15,185 bases of DNA from Zancudomyces culisetae HAW-14-8 (Eukaryota > Fungi > Kickxellomycota), in the NCBI GenBank assembly GCA_052426225.1, contig JBNJNM010000003.1, positions 1 to 15,185 of the forward strand, read 5' to 3'. Below are positions 1 through 9,858 of this stretch, in pieces. A program made the position numbers and the translations under genes. Position 1 is the stretch's first letter. The number at the start of each line of letters is the position of its first letter. The notes beneath the pieces are model-generated. The model saw only the letters and a program-made list of their open reading frames with translations. It did not search any database and was not told where the DNA came from.

Positions 1-325
1 GCAGCAGAAAACTAGTTTATTTCATCGTAGATGGTATGTATATACTAGAAAAACAGACTAGTCTGTTATATATATGTTATTTGATATTCTTTACTACCAG
101 GCTTATAGTCATTAGTAAACTTGTTCTAAAAAAATTCTTTTATAATACCAAAATATATATCTTTTGTTTGTGGTACGTTTTAGTATTTAATTATTTTTTT
201 AAATTAACTTTGGTAATGCTATCTAACCATACTCAAGCACACGTCCATCATATGCAAAAATCTACAAACCAAAACAATTAGTTTTAAACAATTATTTTAA
301 ACCAGTACAAACGAGGGTTAAAGTT

Positions 326-675
326 TTATTTGTTGACGGCTTTACTAATTGATATGGATTTAGTTGAAAGGGGGCATATCTTGAGATCATCTGGGAAGTG
401 CCAAATCCCTTTCTTAAAAAATATTTTGCAGGATATACATCCTTACAGCTTCTTTGTGTACATAGCACCAATACTTCCTGTGCATCCGTAGGATTAAGAA
501 ACTGTGCTGAATGCCTGGGTTAATGTTTTAACATCGATGCTTTACCATTTAGAATTCATCTACTGCCACGTCTGAAAAACGATGTTATTAAAACATATTG
601 CGTGAAAGATTTATGTAGCATTTACTGGATATATGGCAAATGCCGTAGATAGGAGTGCTAGTTTTAGCTTACCAT
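326..675 (-). pseudogene. Probable pseudogene of a small secreted Cys-containing protein, paralogous to 3135-3605
   Basis: Manual minus-strand translation across several frameshifts and three TAA stops gives M(V)KLKLALLSTAFAIYPVNA|T*IFHAICFNNIVFSDVAVDEF*MVKHRC*NINP..HSAQFLNPTDAQEVLVLCTQRSCK.GCISCKIFFKKGIWHFPDDLKICPLSTKSISISKAVNK*. The AAAA-ATG context, signal-peptide-like N-terminus, RC-x~23-C-x4-C spacing and G-[IV]-W match the 156-aa protein. Confidence 0.5.
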
Positions 676-734
676 TTTTGATACTTGGTTTTAAATAGTA
701 CTATAAGCGGCAGATAAATTAGTGCTGTATGCAA

Positions 735-782
735 ATGACTATGATTATGATTATGATTATGATTATGATTGTGATTATGACA
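735..782. repeat. Hexanucleotide microsatellite (ATGATT)n, ~8 units
   Basis: ATGACT, ATGATT x5 (741-770), GTGATT, ATGACA read directly. Confidence 0.95.
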
Positions 783-2242
783 TTTACAATACTTAAATAT
801 ACAACGAATTTTTTTATTATTTTGCAATTATTAAATGTTGTGGACTATTTACACCCTCCCTCACTCTCATTTTCCTTCTAAACGTTCTCATATCGACCTC
901 AACCTAATGGCCTTCTAATATTTTTATCAGATTTTTATAATGATTCTAATTTTAGAAATGTAAGAAGGCTCAACAACCAAGAACATCATGTTGAAACATG
1001 ATATACTAGAATTTGTTGTGAAGTCCAAACGATTAAGGTTAGACAGTGAATTAACTTTAATATTTCTATTTATTATTTGGGATCTGATAGTTCAAATATG
1101 CAGTTTGGTTATATTTGGTTCTTGGATATTTATTTTAGATAGCTAATGACAATAATATAAATGACCGAGCTTTTTTCCTTATGGATAGATGGGAGAAATC
1201 TAGACGTTTACGAGAAAGTAATAATTTTACCAATAAAGGCTAACCTTGGCAAAAATTTATAGCAATTGCGACATATTTTAGAAAGTTACGTATTATACTG
1301 CTTCTAATTTTAACTTTGACAGTATTTATGTAGTTTTAAAGACACTTTATATTTAGTGGCTTTGCTGGAATAAGTACTATAATTACCAAGGTGGTTGAGT
1401 ATATTTATACCTTATTATGATTTTAATTTTATACAGCTAGTAGGTTAATTGCGCCTTGAGAATATTAGCTATTAAAAAATATGTATCAACAACATAAAGA
1501 ATTACATAATACTTTCTAAAAATAGTAATGTCATTAAAAGACTATCACTATCAACTGCTGTGCGAAGACAACAAGGTAATGAGTACTAAACTATTATAAT
1601 ACATAGGTTAAGGAAATAGTTAGTTGGTAGCTTTTTTGCGGGGAAGATCTAGTTTTATAGTAACACCTAAGTGCACAATAGTTATAATTATATCAGCACG
1701 TGGTCATTTACCACTCAAATACCTACAACTCTATTTATTTGATTTGGTAACTCCAGCTCATTAAAAATTATATTACATTTGCAGTAAATATTATGTAATA
1801 AGAATAAATAATAATAATTCTTCAAGAAATATGAGCTTATAAAAAGCGAGAAATTTGCGCTTGCGATAAAAATTTCTAAATCATCTTGTAATATTCGCAA
1901 TAAAGACAGAGTTAGTACTATTCGCAATTTATCAGGTGCATTAGAAATCTGTAAAACTGAAAATGTCTCGACCCCGCAAATACTCAAAAAATTTCACCCT
2001 TTACTTCCTTTTTTCCTGACGAGAGATTAATGTTGATCATTTTAGATTGGCGAATAATTACAAATCTGTTCAAACCTAAAATTGACATTGACTAGACCAT
2101 TACAAATAAAAGTATCATGTATCTAACAATAAAAGGGAGCATTGTAAAATAAGAGTAGCAGCTCCGAGTTGTGAACCTTTGGGAAGTGAAGCTTCACTAT
2201 TTGATTTCATAATAGCACCTCGCTATAAATAGTTTGAGTAAT

Positions 2243-2354
2243 AATAGACTCATGTTCTAAATCAGAGTACAATAGACTCATGTTCTAAATCAGAGTACAA
2301 TAGACTCATGTTCTAAATCAGAGTACAATAGATTCATGTTCTATATCAGAGTAT
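2243..2354. repeat. 28-bp minisatellite, 4 head-to-tail copies
   Basis: AATAGACTCATGTTCTAAATCAGAGTAC is identical at 2243, 2271 and 2299. The fourth copy at 2327 has 3 substitutions. There are no spacers. Confidence 0.95.
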
Positions 2355-3032
2355 TATAGCTATCACACAGTGCAGAATATCTTTACGTTTATGATACTCT
2401 TAGCTTACCTAATAATTGAGGAATTCGATTCAACTTGTTATCAAGTTATTTTAGACCGAAAGGTTTGTGTAAAACGCTCACCCAAAAATAGAAAAAGAGC
2501 AGAATTGAGTATCATGGATGCCGAAGTAATAGCTTTAGGGGTCAATTTCACATGTTTCTTTTTAGATATTAATTCTGGACTATTTTAGCAATATGTTTAG
2601 TTGAGCAAAATAAAACAGTGATATTTCTATGTAAGCATCTAGATAAAGTGATTACTCACCCAATACCCATTAACAACCAGACAAATGGTTATTTATGAAA
2701 ACAGAGAACAGTTAAGATTGGTTTGCAATTGATGACTTTATTTATTTTTAAAGATCTATATATAGATATCAGCCAAATACATATACCTATTTGTAGAAAT
2801 ATAATTAAAACTCGCATTACCAATTTAGACTGTACCTAGATTCATTATGTTGGATACGACAACAAAAAAGAGTAATGCAAATGGCATTTAATTAATAATA
2901 GGGAGTACTTCACATATAGTTGTAGCTAGAATAGTCGGCATAATAATAATAATACCAAAGCCATAGTCCTAATCAATACTAAACATATTTTATACTTTAT
3001 GGATAGGGAAATATCCGATTGTCTCTGAAAAG

Positions 3033-3040
3033 TATAAAAG
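3033..3040 (+). promoter_or_regulatory. Putative TATA box of the 156-aa secreted protein gene
   Basis: TATAAAAG about 100 nt upstream of ATG 3135. The AT-rich background lowers specificity. Confidence 0.45.
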
Positions 3041-3134
3041 GCAATACTTTTTCGATATTAAAAAAAACTATATCGCATTCAATAATAATTTAACATTTCG
3101 TATTAGCATTGAAAAAGAAATACAAAAACCGAAA

Positions 3135-3605
3135 ATGATCAAGTCAACAACACTCAGCATTCTCAGCATTCTCAGCATTTTAAGCATCCTTGTATCTAGC
3201 TCAGCCTTACCACAAAGTGCACAAAACCAAACTTTGCAAACTGTGGATGAAAACAGAGATCTAGAACTGACTACAAACTCACCTGCATCCAGAAATGATG
3301 ATATGATAGCTCAGCTGTTTCGTGTCGGTTCCGGCCTTAGTAATCCACTCGCTGTCGGCCGCGCCCCTAGTCAACCACTAGGTACTTTCAATATCAAATC
3401 AAATAGGTGCTACGCATCACCGGAGTTTGTAGCTGTAAAAATGGACGGCAGAAATATCAACAAAGGCGCATTCTTACTCTGTAGAGATGCAAATTGTGGA
3501 GGTACCTGCTATGTCCATGATATGAGACTGGGGAATTCGATTAATGGGGTATGGTATGCTCTCGGTCGTCGTTCTGCGGTATCTTATATTTGGACTACCT
3601 CATAA
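3135..3605 (+). CDS. Small secreted Cys-containing protein (156 aa); signal peptide, polar propeptide-like segment and a 4-Cys beta-rich domain, possibly beta/gamma-crystallin-like
   Basis: AAAA-ATG context, hydrophobic N-terminus ending SSA|LP, GC above the flanks, and motif RCY-x22-C-x4-CGGTCY...GVW...SYIW. The fold assignment is inference only. Confidence 0.85.
   Translation: MIKSTTLSILSILSILSILVSSSALPQSAQNQTLQTVDENRDLELTTNSPASRNDDMIAQLFRVGSGLSNPLAVGRAPSQPLGTFNIKSNRCYASPEFVAVKMDGRNINKGAFLLCRDANCGGTCYVHDMRLGNSINGVWYALGRRSAVSYIWTTS
3153..3188 (+). repeat. 9-bp coding tandem repeat (CTCAGCATT)x3 plus one variant, encoding (LSI)x4 in the signal peptide
   Basis: CTCAGCATT at 3153, 3162 and 3171, then TTAAGCATC at 3180. 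Confidence 0.9.
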
Positions 3606-4612
3606 GATTGAATACCAATGTGATACTTAAAATGGTATGATAGCTACTCCCAATTTGATCAGTTTCGTTACTATTTTGGTTCTATTATATTAGTGATTAT
3701 AATTAAAATTTAAAATGTTTGAAGTAAAGGTTTTTAGCAAGAGGTGTTCAGAGTTTATATTTACATCTTTTATGCTATTTTTGAAATAAACAAACTTAAA
3801 AAAGAAAAACTCATTCATTTAAAATTTATCAAGAAAATATATTACTTTCAGTAGTACAATAATAAAATAATTTAATTGTTTATTTAATAAGCAGTTAAAT
3901 AGATAAATATAAATAGGAGCAGCGTTTAAACTTGCTTGTGCAAAATCTGGTAGTAATTTAATATATTTGAAGGTAGAATTAAAAATGTTTATTGATTAGT
4001 ACAATAACGAGAGTTTCGTATTACTCGAGTTTAGTGTGTGTCGCGTGTTCTAGGTTATAAGACCTAAATGATACATTTTCTAGGGAAACTATAAAATTAC
4101 AGAAAGTTATTAATATGTGAATAATGAATTTGATGTTATGTATGATGATAACAATCAAAAACATGAGCTATATTTCCGATCACAAAATTAATCAAGAAAT
4201 CAAATCAAAAATCAACTAGAAAAATTTCAAAATGCAATAACAGAAAAAGAATTTATTAGTAATAGTATACATCAAATACAATAAGAGTAGATATACGAGT
4301 ATGGGAAATGAGACAGAACATGAGGATAATAACAAGGCTAAATAAAAGTAATAACAGATATAGTAGACATTAATAGGAATAGTTTTATATTAGTTTTAAC
4401 TATAGCAATTAACATATTTAAAAGAAAAAGAGACCTCATTAGGAGTATCTTTAGCTCTTTTAGTAGTTTTAAAGTATACAGTATACAAGAAAATTAATAA
4501 GATTGAACAAGTAATTTTTTTGAAACAGATTGATTATAAGTCAAGTTATAAGAATAGTGCTAAGGCTAATATTTAAAAAAGTAAGAGATTATTTTAAAAA
4601 ACTAAAATTTCA

Positions 4613-4966
4613 ATGTCAGGTCTGATTAAGCAACTCCGTTCGGCAATCATCCAACAGTTTCAAGATAATGGCCGCTACTCTTCCAAAGGTGCCAGATCAG
4701 GTGTCTCGTCCATGGGTGTAGAACCCGAACCGCCACGTGACCCATTTAAAGATCTTGAAGAAGTAATCAACCAGGTGTTTCTATTCGTCAGAAACCCGAA
4801 AAACAAACGAGATCTGCCCGGTTGCTTCTGCCACATCTTTGGCAAAAAAATTGTTGTATACTTTGTAAATTGCATCGAAAAACTATTTGCTAATTATGGT
4901 TTATTTTGTAAAAGAAATGGAAGCTTTTTTAATACTTGGGAATCACCTTCAAATCATTTGGTTTAA
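4613..4966 (+). other. GC-elevated ORF fragment, possibly a decayed retroelement ORF1/gag N-terminus
   Basis: The first ~80 codons (4613-4845) are clearly more GC-rich than the flanks, with C-ending codons and a PEPP motif. After the A7 run near 4845 the sequence becomes AT-rich and less protein-like. No domain is recognised with confidence. Confidence 0.3.
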
Positions 4967-6869
4967 TCAAAAATATATCGGTAAAAAGTTGCTCTCAATA
5001 TAGAATCGATTGCTAAAACGTTTAGCAAGTTCATCTATGAATAACTAGCAATGTATTGTACCAACACTTTTTTTTTTGTCCAAGGTTTGACTTAGCACCC
5101 AATTCAAATCATTTGGTAAACTGTTTTATGAAAATTAAAAGAGTAGTGAAGAATTCTATATGAAATAGAAAGAAATCAAAAATTGGGATAGAAAAAATTG
5201 ATACCCCAGGAGTTTTGTGTGGTTGAGGACTGATTCATATTATTCACAGTTGAATTTCCCATATTTTAAATGGGGATTTGGTTTAATTTTAAGTACAACA
5301 GAAATCTTCAACTACTTACAGTTTTTGTGGTAAGAATTGCGTAAACCAATGATAAATTACTAAAATTCAAACAGATACATTAGCAGTGAAATTGAGCTCT
5401 CAGACGCTTTTATTTAATAAACTATTTACGCATAAGTGTCAAAAATGGATTATTTATGGTCAAAGTTAGTAGTTTTGTATGATTATATTTAAAAAAAGCG
5501 ACATCGCGAGCTTTAAAAATAGGGAGTTTATTGGTATAAATAGCCTAAGAGTTAATTTTGTCTAAAATTTGATCAATATATATCACTACAAATAAATATA
5601 TATTATTGAAGCAATTGGATTTAAAAAAGTATTCAACTTCGGTAATTGTAAAAAAATTATATAATGATGGTATATCGAAATATTTAATTGAAACTGGAAA
5701 TAAATCAAAGAAATTTTATTTAAGCAAAATCGAAAACAACACCTTTTGGAGCTGAAAATGATGAAAATTTAGGTAGAGTATCTAAGTGAGGGCTAATTAT
5801 CATTGACAACAAAGAATGGGTTACTCAGCTAAAATGGCACAGCAATATCATGAGGTGCATCTTGTAGAACAAAATCAGAGACAGGTTCAACTAAACTATA
5901 AGAAATGAGAGTACAAATAAACAGAATAGAAATAATCAACTGAAAACAGCTTCGAAACTTAAACATACAACCTAAACTAACAGATTCACTGAGGCATACT
6001 AGCAGGTAAGGATATAAAAGTACCAAGTGATAACAATGGAAAAATATATATGTGACAATCAGTATAGTTATTGTAAGAAGGGCGGTGAAAATTATAAAAA
6101 TATGATATATAACTGTAGTCTTATGATAGGATATCAGAAACTTATAAAATACTTTATTGAAGATAAAGTATGAAAACAAACTGAAAATAAAAGTGAAAAC
6201 AATGTAAAAATACAGGATATATATGATATGCTAACTAAGTGTAAAGGGGAAATATCCGGGAAAAAAGTTATACACGTACCAGAAGTATGGAACATTCATC
6301 ATGCTCAAGCTGAAAGCCTGCTGTCGAACACCAACCTAAATGAGACCAAGCTGTATCACCGCCTCTGTGGAACGCTTTGAGAGAAGATTGGTCAAGGCTA
6401 CAAGTATCAAACACTTCAATGGATTTAATCGCAAATGGTTAATCGTCAAAATTTTGTGGTTTTTTATTGAGCCAGGAGGAGAAAATCAAATCGAGAAATA
6501 GTTTATATCGTTGTTTCATTTCTCTCTAACATTTTTTGGGTGTATTAGATATATTTTTTTAGACACTTTGAAGAATTTGGTTTTATGGGTAGATGTAAAT
6601 ATTACAAACCCCTTTGAAAATCTTTTTTTATTTATGGTGTAAATAAATCCTTTCAAATACAAAATAAATATCCCCTACAATTACGATATTTCTTTTGTGA
6701 TAATATTAATAATAGCTACAATATTTCCGTTACTGTCCAAGATTATTAAATATGTCAAACCAGAATATTAATTAGTGAGTATGCTTTAATTATTATATTT
6801 AATTAAATAGGCCTAAAAATATTAAAAATTCCAAACTAGTAGATACACAATCTTTTTGTCGGTGGGTTT

Positions 6870-7766
6870 CTAAAATCTGGTGTAAGTCAACTCAGAAATG
6901 TTTCGGTGTAATATACTGGATAGCCATTCAAAATACCAACTCACATGTGTAAAAAACATTAAATCATTGTTGTTCCCACACCTTATTGCTTTTGGATCAT
7001 TGGGGTTTTCCATAGTGAAACTAATGATTCCAACAAGAGCGTTTTCTTCATTGTTTTTATATATTAGTGGTCCTCCTGAATCTCCTTTGCATACACCTTG
7101 GCTATTTCTAACCACACTGCAAATCTGGTCGTGGTTATTCCCACTCCAATCCGGATTTAAATTTTTACAGGAGGCATCTGAGGATATGTATACTTCCACC
7201 TGCATAAACGAAGTGGGGAAAGACGTGTTGACTTCAGCGATTGTTCTTCCCCACCCTGCCGCAAATAACTTCATATTATCAATTATTGTGCCGGAATAAA
7301 TTTTTGCATACTTTAACGTTGGAATCTTAATGGGTGTTGTTAGCTCAATTATTCCTATATCATGCTTAAGGCTTATCGGATCATAATCTGGGTGGATATA
7401 TACACTACTGGCTCTAATTAAACTTCTAGACAAATAAAATACTTCAATTCCGCCCGGACTAACCTGAATTTTATCCGTGTCGGCTGGTATTGTGGTCCAA
7501 CCATTTGTAAGGCAATGTGCTGCAGTAATTACTATTCTATCAGAGATCAACGACCCTCCACATACACTATTGTATCCGCCATTACTATTAAGAATCCCAG
7601 TGTGCACTATATATGGAAAGTCTTCGATGTTTGCGATTGTGCCATTTACCATTCTTGTATGAAGAACTTTATTATTAGTTTTATGTTTGATACATAAAAC
7701 AAATCCTAATAATAGGAATATTATTACCTGTGTATTTTTATATAAATATTTTTGTATTAAATGCAT
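6870..7766 (-). CDS. Secreted S1 (trypsin/chymotrypsin-family) serine protease zymogen, 298 aa, intronless
   Basis: Signal-like VIIFLLLGFVLC, activation site R|MVNG, CGGSLI, and catalytic motifs TAAHC (His), HDIGII (Asp) and GDSGGP (Ser). The C-terminus FTHVSWYFEWL is typical of the family. Confidence 0.96.
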   Translation of the reverse strand: MHLIQKYLYKNTQVIIFLLLGFVLCIKHKTNNKVLHTRMVNGTIANIEDFPYIVHTGILNSNGGYNSVCGGSLISDRIVITAAHCLTNGWTTIPADTDKIQVSPGGIEVFYLSRSLIRASSVYIHPDYDPISLKHDIGIIELTTPIKIPTLKYAKIYSGTIIDNMKLFAAGWGRTIAEVNTSFPTSFMQVEVYISSDASCKNLNPDWSGNNHDQICSVVRNSQGVCKGDSGGPLIYKNNEENALVGIISFTMENPNDPKAIRCGNNNDLMFFTHVSWYFEWLSSILHRNISELTYTRF

Positions 7767-7879
7767 GTTAATTGATCACTTTACATTAGAATCAAAAAAA
7801 AAATACTATCGTTACTTGAAATAGTTAAGATAATAGCTACTGGTATTTTCTAAGCTCGAAATTTCTCAGGTATCTTGTC

Positions 7880-7886
7880 TTTTATA
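7880..7886 (-). promoter_or_regulatory. Putative TATA box of the protease gene
   Basis: TATAAAA on the minus strand about 115 nt upstream of the ATG at 7766. Confidence 0.35.
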
Positions 7887-9085
7887 TGTGAACTGAGTAA
7901 AAATAGAAAATTTCAAGCTGGACCCAGAAAATGTAAATAGAAGCTTTGAGTAAGAAGGATTAGGAAATGCAAATAAGAAAATTTTTAAATCACAGATGGT
8001 TTGTATCAAATAGATAGGCTAATATCCATAATTTTGAATTCAGTATAAATTTATGAATTATGCATATAAACATATATTTTATACGCGTCGGAAAAAAAAA
8101 CAGGTATAATGTAACCTCTAATCTGTACTTGCTTCTGACTGATATAAAAATATATGGGTAGATCGTATTTTTTAGATAACTAAAGTTGGTTGTATAAGCG
8201 AATAAGAATTAAGAGCATTTTCGGATACAAACCTATCTTGAATAAAGTGTACAGGTTCAACCTGAGGGCAATCACAATATACTTGATTTATTTTTAACCG
8301 AGAATGATTTGATTCATATAAGATAGGTTAGGTTAAATAGAGTAAATCGGGTATGTATAGAATTTACATATTAGGTCCTAACCTCACAGTTCGAATGCTA
8401 ATAAATAGTAATTAAAGTCATTTTATGATTCAATGATCATAAAATGTTACTAAATGGCATTTGTTACATTTATTTCATGTTTTTCGATTGTGTTAAATTT
8501 GATAGTAGGCGAAAGAGTATAATGTGTTTTTTTTAGTTTACTTTTAAAGTAAATTGGGTAGAATGTGTATTTTCAATTTTTATTGAATAAAAATACACAT
8601 ATTACAATAAAGATTTAGGTTGACCAAAATCGTATTTAACCGTTGAAGTTTGAAGTATCTGAGATGGAATTAATAGTTACTTTAAAATATACAAATTTTT
8701 GATTGAAAGCACCTATACATTCTAAAAGTATCAAAATCAGTCTGATATGTAAAAGTATATAAGATGGTATAAACATATAAACCATTACAAGTTAGCGATA
8801 TTCTACAACAAATACTTATATAAATCAGGTAAGTTTTAACAAATGATGTATAGATATCATTATTATAATGGTTGAAAATATGAGCTGAGGTTATACTAGA
8901 TTTGATGTTCTGGTATTCTTTTTATCCATAATTGTGGGCAAAACTATTTTCTAATATTTTTCTTTTAATTTGCTATTGGCATGGTTTATTGATAAGAAAG
9001 TGTTATTAGTCAACTAAAACCTTTAAATGTGTTAACTATAAGAAACCATAAAAAGCTAATACAAACACCATTTTTATTAATAACC

Positions 9086-9316
9086 CTAAAAATTAACATT
9101 CTCAGTGGTAGGCCCACAGTATGCGTGCCAGTTAAATGGGTGTTTACATATAAAACCCTCACGACAATTAATATTTGTCCATTCCATGTTAACGCACCGT
9201 GCAACTAGCTGGACACCTACACAATACGAAGTCCCAGAAATACAATATGCTCTAACTAAGATGCTGTGAGCAGTAAGCGAAACCGCCAATATCGATATAA
9301 ATGATGAATATTTCAT
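9086..9316 (-). CDS. Small secreted 6-Cys peptide (76 aa), CBM19-like putative chitin-binding module
   Basis: The start at 9316 (AAAA-ATG) gives the signal peptide MKYSSFISILAVSLTAHSILVRA. The mature part C-xx-G-xxx-C-x8-C-x-N-xx-W-x4-C-xx-G-xx-C-x9-C resembles the fungal CBM19 cysteine pattern. The family call is from memory of the motif, not from a search. Confidence 0.75.
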   Translation of the reverse strand: MKYSSFISILAVSLTAHSILVRAYCISGTSYCVGVQLVARCVNMEWTNINCREGFICKHPFNWHAYCGPTTENVNF

Positions 9317-9858
9317 TTTTAAATAGTAAAAGTACTCATACATGAGACTTATATATCTAAGAATCCGTTTATTCATTCATATTTACTCTTCTTATTAGTA
9401 GATTCTTGCAATTTTTATATCTGTGAGCAAATTCATATGTAGATGGGTCAGTATGTCCTATCATGAATTTTTTTACCCATTGCAAACCGATTCTTTAATT
9501 CGTATTACTTGTTTGATTAAAATTTAATATATATACCAGTTAAATTACCATTTATTAATCACTAGTATGGATCATCCTTTTATATATGGCTTGTAAGTTA
9601 AACAATAAAATGTTACACAAATCAATTGCGTGGTATACACGCTAATTTGGAGAAATCAATTAGATAAGGTGTTAACATCACATAGTAGATTTTTAACTTT
9701 TTTAATTTTTTTTATTGACGTACAATTGCTCATTAGGACCATATAAGGCCTGCATGAATTCGAATCGAATAAAATCATTTTTTTAGCTCAAAATCAGCCT
9801 TTATCATGCAAAAATTGAGCTTGTAATTGGAAAATAGCTCATCATGGCTTCTGTTCTT

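Noticed and set aside
36-281. 81-aa ORF
   Set aside because: F/I/L/Y/K-rich translation typical of random AT-rich DNA, with no motif.
2243-2354. 28-bp repeats as a CRISPR array
   Set aside because: Copies are contiguous with no unique spacers, there are no cas genes, and the context is eukaryotic.
1715-2588. ORFs 1715-1987 (-) and 2370-2588 (+)
   Set aside because: Non-ATG starts, AT-driven composition and no recognisable domain.
4675-4875. 66-aa minus-strand ORF
   Set aside because: Antisense shadow of the GC-rich plus-strand fragment.
5829-6179. 116-aa hydrophobic ORF as a membrane protein
   Set aside because: Its hydrophobicity comes from reading the T-rich complement of an A-rich tract, and the start is non-ATG.
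6898-7697. Plus-strand ORFs 6898-7299, 7477-7662 and 7515-7697
   Set aside because: Antisense shadows of the serine protease gene.
9317-9376. Upstream Met starts for the Cys-rich peptide, and the overlapping ORF 9010-9204
   Set aside because: The ATG at 9316 has AAAA context and directly precedes a clean signal peptide. The upstream stretch contains a TATA-like TATATAAG. The overlapping ORF has no features.
9744-9770. TAAGGCCTGCATGAATTCGAATCGAAT as a hAT-like terminus hosting the DIRS insertion
   Set aside because: No convincing inverted partner or TSD found in the window.
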